Shown here one piece after another: positions 18,786 through 27,854 of a stretch of 64,000 bases of DNA. The stretch is from a virus. A program made the position numbers and the translations under genes. The stretch is taken from the IMG/VR virus record IMGVR_UViG_3300013101_000005, positions 34,632-98,631 of that record. One strand, written 5' to 3'. The notes beneath the pieces were generated by a model. It ran no database searches. It was not told where the DNA came from and saw only the letters and a program-made list of their open reading frames with translations. The first letter of the stretch is position 1. Every line of letters begins with the position of its first letter.

Positions 18786-20574
18786 GTCTAATGGACTTAT
18801 TAATAAGGATGAGATTACTGCCGGATTGAGAAAGTCGGTTATTTCTGTGTTGTCAAACACGGACAACTTTGATCATCTTGTTGGTGATCCTGTGTTGATT
18901 TCTGACATAGCAGACGCTGTGTTCGCTTCTATTTATAAAAAGAACGGGAGGCTGTTCGCTGTGCGTAAGGGTGACACTTTTGATAGTATGATTGAAAGTA
19001 TCATGTTTAACACAGAAAAAGTATGCCAAGTAAAAGAAACTAAGAAGCAAATTCTTAAGGCTGCTGAAGTTATTGTATCAGAAACTGTTAATACTGTAGC
19101 TTTGGAAGTTCTTAGTGCCAGCGTAACCGATAAACTTGATTCTAATATTAGTAAAGAATTAGACTTTTTTGAAAGTAAATTTAAGAATGAAGTAGACAGA
19201 TTGGTATATGCTGGCTCAAACATGAGCCTTAAAAATTTGCCAGCAAGGAAAGATTTGTTGTATTTAGATCTTATCTTAGTTGCTGAAGGCACAAATGCCA
19301 ATAAAGATACTATACTGGCAGAAGAACTACAAGAGAGATACCTTACTCTTATTGGTATGCCCTTAGTTGAAGAACACGAACCACAAGCTATACGTGGTGT
19401 TTTCTTTGATTCAAAATTAGTAAGAATTAAGCCAGGAAAAGAAAAGGGATCTGTAAAGATTGTTGCAAAAGGTGGAAGATTAGCTGTTAGAGCAAAGGCT
19501 TATGTCTATAAAAATAGATTCCCAAGGGAAGCCTATTTACTTAAAGATCGCCAAGAAAAGGGGCTATTACGGTATTCTGTGGAGTTAGCATTTAGTCTTT
19601 CTGAGTGCGGTGTTTGCGGAAAAACCTTTAAGGCTTCTGAAACATATTGTGAGCATTTACTGTTAAGGCATAGTGTAAATGATCCAATGTTTAGTAGAAT
19701 AGTACGTGATATTTACTTTATCGGTGGGGCATATACAATAAACCCGGCTGAAAAACTAGCTGTTTCATTAGAAGTTACTGATCCAATTGACGAGAAACCA
19801 TCAAAAAGTAACAAAACAGGTGCTTCTTGTGTTAATACTATAGACGATACTGGCAAGGTCGTTGACAAGAGATTAGATTCTCATGAAACCACAGATAAAA
19901 ATAATGCTGATGGGGATAATAAATCCTCAAACCCAGATGGAGGACAGCAAATGCTATATAATTATAACTCTGTTGAAGACCTTCTAGCAAGTAAAGAAGT
20001 CGGTGCCTTAGTTGAGTCACAGGTTTCTAATATACTTGATGAGGAACGGGAGAGTTTTGAAGCCTCTCTTACCGAACTAGAAGATACTCAAAAAGGTTAT
20101 AAAACACAGATTGAAGAGCTAAAGGCTTCCTTGGTTGAAAAACAGGCCGAGCTAGACAAAGCAAAAGAGACTCTTTCTGCTATGGAAGTAGAGAAAAAGA
20201 TTTCGGATGCTATTTTAGACCTTCAAAATGCTGGTTATACCTTTGACTCAGACGAGGAAATTAAAGCCTTCTCTGATCAAATTAAAGAAATGTCTCCGGA
20301 TCAGGCTTCCTTTATCATTGATATGATGAAGAAAACTATTACAGCTACTGAGGATCCTGTTAAGGAATCCAAGGAAACTGAAGATGATCCAACCACAGAT
20401 CTTGATGAAGGATCTACAAAAGCTTCTGATGAATCGAACGAGGAATCGAACGATGAGTCTATTGAAGCCTCACAGCAAGCAGATCTGAATGCATCTGCGG
20501 ATGATAACCAAACTCTTCTATCCATTCGTAAGGATTGGGACAAACGTGTTAACACGTTGAAAGAACTGTCCTAA
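18748..20574 (+). CDS. Prohead maturation protease fused to scaffold protein
   Basis: Lies between portal and capsid genes; N.NKD...EEL...LIGMP..EEH, YSVE, CGVC...CEH zinc insert and NPAE; acidic coiled-coil C-terminus. Start is uncertain (18736 TTG or 18748 ATG). Confidence 0.8.
   Translation: MNSYSRKKTNKHRSNGLINKDEITAGLRKSVISVLSNTDNFDHLVGDPVLISDIADAVFASIYKKNGRLFAVRKGDTFDSMIESIMFNTEKVCQVKETKKQILKAAEVIVSETVNTVALEVLSASVTDKLDSNISKELDFFESKFKNEVDRLVYAGSNMSLKNLPARKDLLYLDLILVAEGTNANKDTILAEELQERYLTLIGMPLVEEHEPQAIRGVFFDSKLVRIKPGKEKGSVKIVAKGGRLAVRAKAYVYKNRFPREAYLLKDRQEKGLLRYSVELAFSLSECGVCGKTFKASETYCEHLLLRHSVNDPMFSRIVRDIYFIGGAYTINPAEKLAVSLEVTDPIDEKPSKSNKTGASCVNTIDDTGKVVDKRLDSHETTDKNNADGDNKSSNPDGGQQMLYNYNSVEDLLASKEVGALVESQVSNILDEERESFEASLTELEDTQKGYKTQIEELKASLVEKQAELDKAKETLSAMEVEKKISDAILDLQNAGYTFDSDEEIKAFSDQIKEMSPDQASFIIDMMKKTITATEDPVKESKETEDDPTTDLDEGSTKASDESNEESNDESIEASQQADLNASADDNQTLLSIRKDWDKRVNTLKELS
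19951..20574 (+). CDS. Nested in-frame scaffold protein
   Basis: GGAGG at 19939-19943 lies 7 nt before an in-frame ATG at 19951, right after a disordered linker. Confidence 0.7.
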   Translation: MLYNYNSVEDLLASKEVGALVESQVSNILDEERESFEASLTELEDTQKGYKTQIEELKASLVEKQAELDKAKETLSAMEVEKKISDAILDLQNAGYTFDSDEEIKAFSDQIKEMSPDQASFIIDMMKKTITATEDPVKESKETEDDPTTDLDEGSTKASDESNEESNDESIEASQQADLNASADDNQTLLSIRKDWDKRVNTLKELS

Positions 20575-20600
20575 AGTACAGATAGTTGATTGGAGGATTC

Positions 20601-21155
20601 ATGAATAAGACAAGCGTATCACATGCTCCTAGTTATGCCCACCAAGGGGAGTTTCTTGCTTCTGGTTTGGTCTATAATTTTGCTGCGTGTGTAGAAGATA
20701 CTTTCGACTTCACTTCTGGTGAAGGCGTTGAGTACTTACATAACGTCCATTATCTAAAGCAAGTTGCGACTTCTGCTATAGCTCAGGACGGGACTGTAAT
20801 GATGTATATGGGCTATAAGTGGCCCACCGAAGATGATTACTATGAACGTAATGGTCTTTATGCTGATAGAATTGTTGACGGTGAGGGTATTATCGGATTG
20901 CAGATGATGCCTGGTGTTCGTATTCAAGAATACGTTGGCACTGATTATACCGTTGGTGGTCCTGAGGCTTCCGATGTCAAGTTGGGGGCGTTAGCTCCTA
21001 TTGATTGGTCTGCTGTTGCTTACGGGACTGTCCTGTATCTAACGGATAAGGGCCAATTTACTACTGCTACCACAAATAAAATCGTTCGTGCTCAATTTAT
21101 TGAGATGAAGGGTATGTGGGTTATGCTAGAAATGATACAGCCTTACCAACCGTAA
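20601..21155 (+). CDS. Capsid decoration/cement protein (putative)
   Basis: GGAGG SD; lies between scaffold and major capsid genes; G..LYL...G.FT motif. Confidence 0.6.
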   Translation: MNKTSVSHAPSYAHQGEFLASGLVYNFAACVEDTFDFTSGEGVEYLHNVHYLKQVATSAIAQDGTVMMYMGYKWPTEDDYYERNGLYADRIVDGEGIIGLQMMPGVRIQEYVGTDYTVGGPEASDVKLGALAPIDWSAVAYGTVLYLTDKGQFTTATTNKIVRAQFIEMKGMWVMLEMIQPYQP

Positions 21156-21184
21156 TCAAGGCTTTATTTTAAGGAGGCTACATA

Positions 21185-22156
21185 GTGGCTGATACATTAA
21201 TTTCAAGAGAGCTTTCTCAAGCTCTTGGCCTTGAAGCCAAGGACAAGGAGCTTTTGGTAATGCTACAGTCGATTGATTGGCGTGACCCTGCTTCTGAGTC
21301 TGATAGATACATGTTCGCTAAAGAAATTGTACGTCAGGCAGAAGATCTGGTTCAGTTAGTTGACCCGACTCCTCTTATGTTAAACCAAACTTCATATGAT
21401 CCTAGTGTTACAAACATTAAGTTCACTGATGTTGTTGGTTTTGAAGCTAAAGCCGTTACCGCTGGTGGACACAAAGAGGCCATCCGTGTTGACAACGAGA
21501 TCGTTAGTATGCCTATTCCTAGGCGTTACGATCATGTGACCATTGAAATTCTCAAAGAAGACCTTGAACTTGGTACCTATGGTTCCATTGCTGGTCTACG
21601 AGAAGGAATTGCTGATGCACTCCTGCGTAAGAAAATCAATGCTGTCTGGGCGGCTTGTAACGATGCTATTACATCTGCGGATCTCACAGGGCAATCTACT
21701 GGAAATGATAATTATATATCTCTTCCCGGTGGGGCTCTTACTGAAGATGCCGTTGATTATGCTATTGACAAGATGGATGCGGAAGGTGGCGGGGTCTATT
21801 CGATTCTTGGTCATCCTTCCAAACTTAATCCTATCTCTAAGTTCGCTACGTTCCAATCCATTATGCCTGAGCGTCTTAAGTTAGACTACTGGCGTACTGG
21901 TTTTATTGGTCTTTATCGTGGTGCTAACTTAGTTAAGATTCCTGCTGTTGTTGACAAGAAATACAACATTGCACCTACGGACGCATACTCTGTGTTTGTT
22001 CTTGGTGCTGGTCTGGGTGAGATCGCCCAGATTAGAGGTATGACCGCATCAACTTGGGACGATCCTGCAAGAGATGTACAGTTCATCTCGGCGCAGCATA
22101 AATATGTTGTGCTTACGTGGCAACCTAAGGGTGGATTCCGTATCCGCCTGTTCTAA
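21185..22156 (+). CDS. Major capsid protein, HK97 fold
   Basis: Position, size (323 aa), AAGGAGG SD, C-ending codon bias suggesting high expression, G.IG.YRG..LV motif and a downstream hairpin. Confidence 0.85.
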   Translation: MADTLISRELSQALGLEAKDKELLVMLQSIDWRDPASESDRYMFAKEIVRQAEDLVQLVDPTPLMLNQTSYDPSVTNIKFTDVVGFEAKAVTAGGHKEAIRVDNEIVSMPIPRRYDHVTIEILKEDLELGTYGSIAGLREGIADALLRKKINAVWAACNDAITSADLTGQSTGNDNYISLPGGALTEDAVDYAIDKMDAEGGGVYSILGHPSKLNPISKFATFQSIMPERLKLDYWRTGFIGLYRGANLVKIPAVVDKKYNIAPTDAYSVFVLGAGLGEIAQIRGMTASTWDDPARDVQFISAQHKYVVLTWQPKGGFRIRLF

Positions 22157-22170
22157 CGGTTGTGAAAGTT

Positions 22171-22193
22171 TAGGGGGGCCTAGTGCCCCCCTA
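22171..22193 (+). promoter_or_regulatory. GC-rich stem-loop after the capsid gene (mRNA stabiliser or weak terminator)
   Basis: TAGGGGGGC-CTAGT-GCCCCCCTA perfect 9-bp stem; no U-tract follows. Confidence 0.7.
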
Positions 22194-22213
22194 TAACAGG
22201 TTAGGAGAATTTT

Positions 22214-22822
22214 ATGGAGAAGAGAGGCATAGTTGTAAACGATCCCCGAAGTGTTGTTCTAGTTGTTAATAATTCTGGTGGTACTATTTGTTTACCAAGG
22301 GAACACAATAAAGATATTATTTTTCATCCAGGCGAACTTGCCCAGATAGAGTGGGCAGAATTTGTTAGGTTTAAGAATATTCCACATTTTGGTAGGTTCT
22401 TAAAACTAAGTGATTCAGTTGTAATATCTGATGGAAAAGTAAAAATTAGAAATGTAGTTGGAAGTATTTCCAATGACGAATTAGTAGACCTTTTACCTCA
22501 AGGCGTTTCTGTAATAAAAGAATTTACTTTGACCCTAAATGCGGCAGAACGGCATATTTTACATAGTTTTCTTGAGCAAAGGGCTAAACTTGGTATTGAA
22601 ACAGAAAAATGTGAAGAAGTTATTGAATTTATTGAAAAAGAATTTCCAGAAGAAGAACTTGTTTCAAAAGAAAAAGAAGAAACAGTTGAGCCACAAGAAG
22701 CTGCACCTAAGAAAACAAGGAAAAAGAAAACAAAAATCTCTATAAAGGGCGATAAAAAACTTGTTGAAAATGAGGAGCATCTTTCTGTGAATGTTATAGA
22801 CATTGATGGGGATTCTGACTAA
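22214..22822 (+). CDS. Hypothetical head-region protein
   Basis: AGGAG SD; follows the major capsid gene. Confidence 0.65.
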   Translation: MEKRGIVVNDPRSVVLVVNNSGGTICLPREHNKDIIFHPGELAQIEWAEFVRFKNIPHFGRFLKLSDSVVISDGKVKIRNVVGSISNDELVDLLPQGVSVIKEFTLTLNAAERHILHSFLEQRAKLGIETEKCEEVIEFIEKEFPEEELVSKEKEETVEPQEAAPKKTRKKKTKISIKGDKKLVENEEHLSVNVIDIDGDSD

Positions 22823-22843
22823 TTCTTAACAAGAATTAAACTG

Positions 22844-22881
22844 AACTCCCGATCCTTTTGTTTAGGTTATCGGGAGTTTTT
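22844..22881 (+). terminator. Probable rho-independent terminator
   Basis: AACTCCCGAT...ATCGGGAGTT inverted repeat ending in a T run. A second hairpin, AATTCTT-AAC-AAGAATT, lies at 22821-22837. Confidence 0.7.
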
Positions 22882-22899
22882 AAATATGAGGAAAGAAAC

Positions 22900-23361
22900 A
22901 TGGCCCCAAATTTACCAATAGAATTTACCGATGAAGTTAGGCTCGAAATAATAGCTGAAGATACCTATTTAGATGAAGAAATATGGACGTTTGCTAGAAA
23001 AACTGCACAACGAATAAATCCATTAATTCAAGGTGATGCTTTTGTTGAGGATGGTACATCTGTGTGGGATTATACTATATCTGGTAGTGCCCAAATAAAT
23101 GATCCAGCCTATTGGGAAATAGTAAAGTGGGGAACAGTTCACCTTATGTTAAAACATTATATGCATAAAATGATTGCAGAAGGTGTTGGAATTTCCGTTG
23201 GCCTTGGGTCTGAACGTATAGATACCAAGAGTTTATTATTAACTGTTAAAGAATTGGTAAAAGATGCTGGGAAAACTTTAAAGGAAAAAATATTAGCCTA
23301 TAATCTCGTAACTGTCCAAGGATATGTTGTTGACTTATATATAAGTGAAGAAGTATGGTAA
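22900..23361 (+). CDS. Head-tail adaptor (putative)
   Basis: Position, size and helical character; GAGGA upstream of the ATG at 22900. Confidence 0.55.
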   Translation: MAPNLPIEFTDEVRLEIIAEDTYLDEEIWTFARKTAQRINPLIQGDAFVEDGTSVWDYTISGSAQINDPAYWEIVKWGTVHLMLKHYMHKMIAEGVGISVGLGSERIDTKSLLLTVKELVKDAGKTLKEKILAYNLVTVQGYVVDLYISEEVW

Positions 23362-23816
23362 CTTATAACAAGTATATGAATATATTGCGAAAGCAATTTA
23401 TACCATTAAAAACCTTTGGTGTACAGTTGCCTCCTATTAAGGAGGACTGTACTTGTGTTGTAAATTATTCCTTGTCATTGATGAACTCTCCTGCCGAGTA
23501 CTGTGCAGCTTGCGATAACCGGGGATATATAGAAACTCCTGTAGTTTTTGACATTACAGGCTCTCTTGTTGATTTTGCGTCTGATTCAAATTCATATGCC
23601 AATGCTTTAATTATATCAGAAGCTGGTGATTTTGATTATCAACGATATGTAATTCATGCTGATCTTGAAGATTGTAAAGTAGAGGATTACGATTACCAGA
23701 ATTGTTTTGACTTGGCAAAATTTGTAACAATAGATGTGGAAGACTACAAGATAGAAACCATAGATAAATCTACACTACTGGGTCAGATACGGGTTATAGT
23801 TTCAAGATCGAATTAA
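23355..23816 (+). CDS. Head closure/stopper protein (putative) with CxC..CxxC insert
   Basis: Position; CTC...CAACDNRGY; beta-rich C-terminus TIDVEDYKI. Confidence 0.55.
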   Translation: MVTYNKYMNILRKQFIPLKTFGVQLPPIKEDCTCVVNYSLSLMNSPAEYCAACDNRGYIETPVVFDITGSLVDFASDSNSYANALIISEAGDFDYQRYVIHADLEDCKVEDYDYQNCFDLAKFVTIDVEDYKIETIDKSTLLGQIRVIVSRSN

Positions 23817-23843
23817 AGGTACTAAGGGAAAGGACAAGAAGAA

Positions 23844-24074
23844 ATGGATTCTAATAACAAAAAGATAATTGTGGGAAGTATAGATAAAGAACTTAATAAC
23901 GAAACAAGTAGAACTATCAGAAAAGTAATGGAAATACTAGAAAGATACACTAATTATGAAACACTAGATGCTGATAGAAAAGCTATTGTTCGGGATACAG
24001 TTCTAAACCAAATAAATAGACTAGTTAGAGTTGCAAAGCATAAACAGACCTTAACTTTTTCAAACGAGAAGTAA
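23844..24074 (+). CDS. Hypothetical protein
   Basis: ORF within the neck cluster. Confidence 0.6.
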   Translation: MDSNNKKIIVGSIDKELNNETSRTIRKVMEILERYTNYETLDADRKAIVRDTVLNQINRLVRVAKHKQTLTFSNEK

Positions 24075-24075
24075 T

Positions 24076-24852
24076 ATGGCTATAAGCGGTTCTTTTATTA
24101 ATAAACCTGGTGCTATGGATAAGGCACGTGCTGCTTTAAATAAATCTGGTCTAATTTTCTATTTTTCAGTTAGTTCATTAGATATAGAAAATGAGTTAAG
24201 AAAATTTAATAATGCTCTTGCATCTGATTTACTTAAAGAATTAAAAGCAAAGAAACCTGCAAAAGTAATACAAAAGAAATCAGAAGCTAGGTTACTTGGA
24301 AGAGTTTCTGCAAGTTCACAAAGAATTATGTCTATAATGGCAGCTATGAAGAGAAATACAAGATATACTACCTATAGTGGTCGTGAGACAAAACATGTAG
24401 GTAAGGCAAGAAATATTAGAATGCAAATGTTTGATATTAAAGAATTAGATAAAAAGACTAATCTTAATAAATTAGATAAGTACTTTCCACAAAAACATAT
24501 TGCGCCTCTTCATGATAATCCAATGCGAAACTTAAGTTCGGCAGCTTATAAATATAGAGGTATGGTAAAATTCTCTTTGTGGAGAATGTTTGAGTACAAA
24601 ACAAAAGGCTCATATCGTATTCCTTTAAGAGCAGAAGGCCCACTTCATTTTACAGTAGACAGTGATGGTCATAGTACTTGGAAAGTCCAGCGTACTGTAA
24701 ACTGGACTACACGTGGAGGCGGCATTGCTAGATCTGCTTATTTTATGTTAGATGATAGTAGAAAAATGTATAAAAGAGATCAAGGTGTTTTTGCAAGAGC
24801 AATTGGGTATGGTGTCCAAAAAATTATCAAAAACAAGACGAGGTTTAGATAA
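24076..24852 (+). CDS. Basic neck/tail completion protein (putative)
   Basis: Position; highly basic, with W.MFEY.T-type motif. Confidence 0.5.
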   Translation: MAISGSFINKPGAMDKARAALNKSGLIFYFSVSSLDIENELRKFNNALASDLLKELKAKKPAKVIQKKSEARLLGRVSASSQRIMSIMAAMKRNTRYTTYSGRETKHVGKARNIRMQMFDIKELDKKTNLNKLDKYFPQKHIAPLHDNPMRNLSSAAYKYRGMVKFSLWRMFEYKTKGSYRIPLRAEGPLHFTVDSDGHSTWKVQRTVNWTTRGGGIARSAYFMLDDSRKMYKRDQGVFARAIGYGVQKIIKNKTRFR

Positions 24853-25415
24853 TGCAACTTTTTGATGCCAGTACCTTAGGTATAGATATTTTGTGTGAAC
24901 TATCTGTTGGTTGGTTTTTTACTGATTTATTAGATAGTTCCGGATTTCACATAATTTACAGGCCAGATGGAACTACTCCTGTAAATTTCATAAATGGATT
25001 TGCTTGGTTGGATGATCTGGAACGTAAGGATGTAGTAACACGTGCAGATTTTACCGATTACAGGCATCAAATACCCTTGCCAGTGGTATCGTATGATTTT
25101 GTAAGTGATTATGCTGAAAGTATAGAATTAGGTAGTAAAACAAAAAAGAAGACGTATAACCTCTCCTTTATAATTGGGGCAGAAAATAAAGCGCAAGCTG
25201 TTAATTTAGCTAATTTTGTATCTACAACACTGAATGAGAGAGAAGTGCCTATATTAAACTATAATGTGGACGCAAAACCCAAAATTGGTGTTATTTACTT
25301 TGAAGACATAATTACTACTAGACTTTTTGATGTGTTTTCCAAAACAGATCTTGCCAAAAAGTTCTCATTGACCATATCAAGTGATGCGGTTGCTGAGTTT
25401 AACAATAATTTTTAA
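24852..25415 (+). CDS. Tail terminator protein (putative)
   Basis: LPVVSYD...IELGS motif; directly upstream of the tail tube gene. Confidence 0.6.
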   Translation: MQLFDASTLGIDILCELSVGWFFTDLLDSSGFHIIYRPDGTTPVNFINGFAWLDDLERKDVVTRADFTDYRHQIPLPVVSYDFVSDYAESIELGSKTKKKTYNLSFIIGAENKAQAVNLANFVSTTLNEREVPILNYNVDAKPKIGVIYFEDIITTRLFDVFSKTDLAKKFSLTISSDAVAEFNNNF

Positions 25416-25442
25416 TAAGAAATTCTCGTAAGGAGGATTAAA

Positions 25443-26753
25443 GTGAGCAAACCTAATGAAATAAGACATCCGCAAGCAGCTTTGCTTGCAGAAGAATATG
25501 TCTGTCAAAGAGTTCAATCTCTCGGGTATACCGCAGATTTGAATTCCGAAGAGGTTCACCAGCTTACAGATGCTAATGTGGTTGAGGTCGTTGATTCAGA
25601 TCCTACGGTTTCTCTCTCAATTGACATCAATGAGTTTGGTTCAATTAATATATATAATCAATTAGCAGGATTTACTGCTTTTCCTACTAGCTTTGATACT
25701 GCTGATGCAAAATATGGGTTTACAGAAGCTACACTTGATAATACAAACCATCGTGATGGTACTATTTCCCATGTTGACTTTGGTGAAATAGGTACTGATT
25801 TCATGGTTCATGTCAAGGAAACCTCAGATGGGACTACTACTAGAGCCTTGTGGTTTAGTAATTGTTTCATTGATAGTCTCTCTGGTACATATCAGGTTGA
25901 TGGTTTCGCTTCAGAATCTGTTTCAATGTCTGGTTCTGCCCAACGGTGGTTCTTAAATGCATGGGCAGGGGCAACTATTGGTTATAGTGAATGGCTTGGT
26001 GTTGGTGGTGTTGATCACTCTATGTCAGATCTAGGTTCTGATGGTTCTGTTTTATATCTTACTGAAGACGGTATTATATTATCAGATAGTCTCTACACTG
26101 TTGCAGCCGCCCAATTTGTACAAGCTGGGGGACATGATTTCCCTGAAGACAGTAGATTCCGTTATATCTATGTTCCTAGTACAGTAGTTTTCCCAACTAT
26201 TCCTCAAGACACTGGTACTCTTATCGGTGGAGTGAAAGAAGGGGAAATTGAGTTGATAATGTGGGATTCTGATTTAAAAGCGGAACCCGGCATTGGTGTT
26301 GACGGTGCTGCTGATATTCAGGCACTTCGGGTACAGTCTATTGATTATGAAATCTCTTTTGATAGAGAAGATTTGAAACAACTGTATACTGGTACTTACT
26401 ATAAGGGCTTGAATACTATTACTGTTACAGCTAGTCTAAATGTCCTTGATTCTGATCTTCAAATGTGGGCTTTAGCTACTGGAAACACTAATAACTATAC
26501 TAATGATATAGTTAATACCATGTCCTTAGCTGATTTTCAATCTATGAGTACTCTTGATGCTCGTATTGATGTCTTTAATACTAAAGACTATTTACTACAT
26601 GCTGGAGATACTCTATTGAAATCCATTACCCTTATTGGGGGCAAGGTTACATCTGTTGGAGATTCCAGAGATGTTCCTGGTCGTGGTAGTCAAACGTTTG
26701 AAGTTCAATTTACTAATGCTCATTTCACTGGAACTGGGCTTGTCGGTAGGTAA
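25443..26753 (+). CDS. Major tail (tube) protein with internal duplication
   Basis: AAGGAGG SD with GTG start; position before the chaperones and tape measure gene; two RVQS-containing halves. Confidence 0.8.
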   Translation: MSKPNEIRHPQAALLAEEYVCQRVQSLGYTADLNSEEVHQLTDANVVEVVDSDPTVSLSIDINEFGSINIYNQLAGFTAFPTSFDTADAKYGFTEATLDNTNHRDGTISHVDFGEIGTDFMVHVKETSDGTTTRALWFSNCFIDSLSGTYQVDGFASESVSMSGSAQRWFLNAWAGATIGYSEWLGVGGVDHSMSDLGSDGSVLYLTEDGIILSDSLYTVAAAQFVQAGGHDFPEDSRFRYIYVPSTVVFPTIPQDTGTLIGGVKEGEIELIMWDSDLKAEPGIGVDGAADIQALRVQSIDYEISFDREDLKQLYTGTYYKGLNTITVTASLNVLDSDLQMWALATGNTNNYTNDIVNTMSLADFQSMSTLDARIDVFNTKDYLLHAGDTLLKSITLIGGKVTSVGDSRDVPGRGSQTFEVQFTNAHFTGTGLVGR

Positions 26754-26767
26754 GTTTAATTAAAATT

Positions 26768-26842
26768 ATCTGGGTCAGTTGAGTAATTGACTGACTCAGA
26801 TATTAATAAGGTGTAGTAATACACAGGTATGTAGGTAACTAC
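26768..26842 (+). promoter_or_regulatory. Structured intergenic RNA element with three GUAA-tetraloop hairpins
   Basis: Hairpins at 26768-26801, 26811-26824 and 26831-26842, each closed by GTAA. Confidence 0.6.
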
Positions 26843-26854
26843 TTGGAGGATGAT

Positions 26855-27541
26855 ATGACTAAGAAAGTAGAAGAAACTGTTGTTGAGGAAGTTGTTGTTG
26901 AAGAAGAAGAAAAAAAAGAGACTAAAGAAGACTCAGAATTATTTACTGTAATAGCTTCCGGAGAGAAAACTATTACATATACAAAAGAACCCCATGGGTT
27001 TGATCTTGTTGTAAAATTCAAACTACCAACAATGAGTCAAAAAAGTACTGCTGACATGTTATATGCTAAAAAGTATAACAAACTCCTACAAGATGATGAC
27101 CATCTAACAACCTCACAACTATTAGAAACAGCAAGACGGCGTAAAACTTGGACCGAAGAAGACGAAATTCGTGTTACTAAAGTAGACGCTGATATTATAG
27201 ATACTAAAGAGTTAGTACAAGATGAGAAAAATAAAAAGAAAAAGGAAAGTTTAGAGGCTGAATTAGCAGAATTTAGGGAAGAGAAATTTAGGTTGGCACT
27301 AAAAGTTGGACAGATTACAGGGACTTCCATTGAAGTTCTTTCTGAACAAGAAAGAACCAGTTACATGTTAATTAATTGTTTATATGTTATTGATGCGTCT
27401 GGGGAGTCTGCTTTAATGTATCCTACTAGATCCGCTTTGGACGAAGAGCAAGATCTAAAAAGACTAGAAACTGTGTTGCTTGAAGCAAAGAGTTTCTGGT
27501 CTGGTGAAGGCTTATCGGATTTTTTGCACTTAGGCGATTAG
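26855..27541 (+). CDS. Tail assembly chaperone (gpG-like)
   Basis: Lies between tube and tape measure genes; GGAGG SD; slippery site near the 3' end. Confidence 0.75.
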   Translation: MTKKVEETVVEEVVVEEEEKKETKEDSELFTVIASGEKTITYTKEPHGFDLVVKFKLPTMSQKSTADMLYAKKYNKLLQDDDHLTTSQLLETARRRKTWTEEDEIRVTKVDADIIDTKELVQDEKNKKKKESLEAELAEFREEKFRLALKVGQITGTSIEVLSEQERTSYMLINCLYVIDASGESALMYPTRSALDEEQDLKRLETVLLEAKSFWSGEGLSDFLHLGD

Positions 27542-27843
27542 CTAGAAATTCTTTTGTGCAACTAAGATGGAGAGAGAGTTCACGAAGTGGACTTCCTATG
27601 TTCCCTATACAACATGCTTCAGATCTTTCTTACGTCCAGTTGTGGCTCCTGCATTGGGTACAGGTATACGACTGGGCGTTTTCTTTATCAGACAGAGAGA
27701 AACCATCAGACAGCGTTTTAGATGATGATGAAAGTTTTGATGATTGGTATAGATACTATGCCGCACAAAAGATGAGAGACTCTAGACAAGGTACTGCTAA
27801 TCGTAGTAGTAGTAAATCCCACGATAACGTTATAACCTTTTAA
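27520..27843 (+). CDS. -1 frameshift extension of the tail chaperone (gpT-like)
   Basis: The -1 frame is open from heptamer T TTT TTG (27520-27526) to TAA at 27843; no clear SD for the GTG at 27556. Confidence 0.75.
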   Translation, partial: FFALRRLARNSFVQLRWRESSRSGLPMFPIQHASDLSYVQLWLLHWVQVYDWAFSLSDREKPSDSVLDDDESFDDWYRYYAAQKMRDSRQGTANRSSSKSHDNVITF

Positions 27844-27854
27844 CGGAGATTAAA

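Noticed and set aside
20431-20454. 12-nt tandem repeat GAATCGAACGA(G/T) x2
   Set aside because: A simple duplication in the disordered acidic scaffold tail with no sign of separate function.
20601-22156. Higher GC in the decoration and capsid genes as possible horizontal transfer
   Set aside because: Better explained by codon selection in highly expressed structural genes.
20575-26855. Shared late-promoter motif for the phage sigma factor in intergenic gaps
   Set aside because: No convincing shared motif was found by eye; motif discovery on the full genome is needed.
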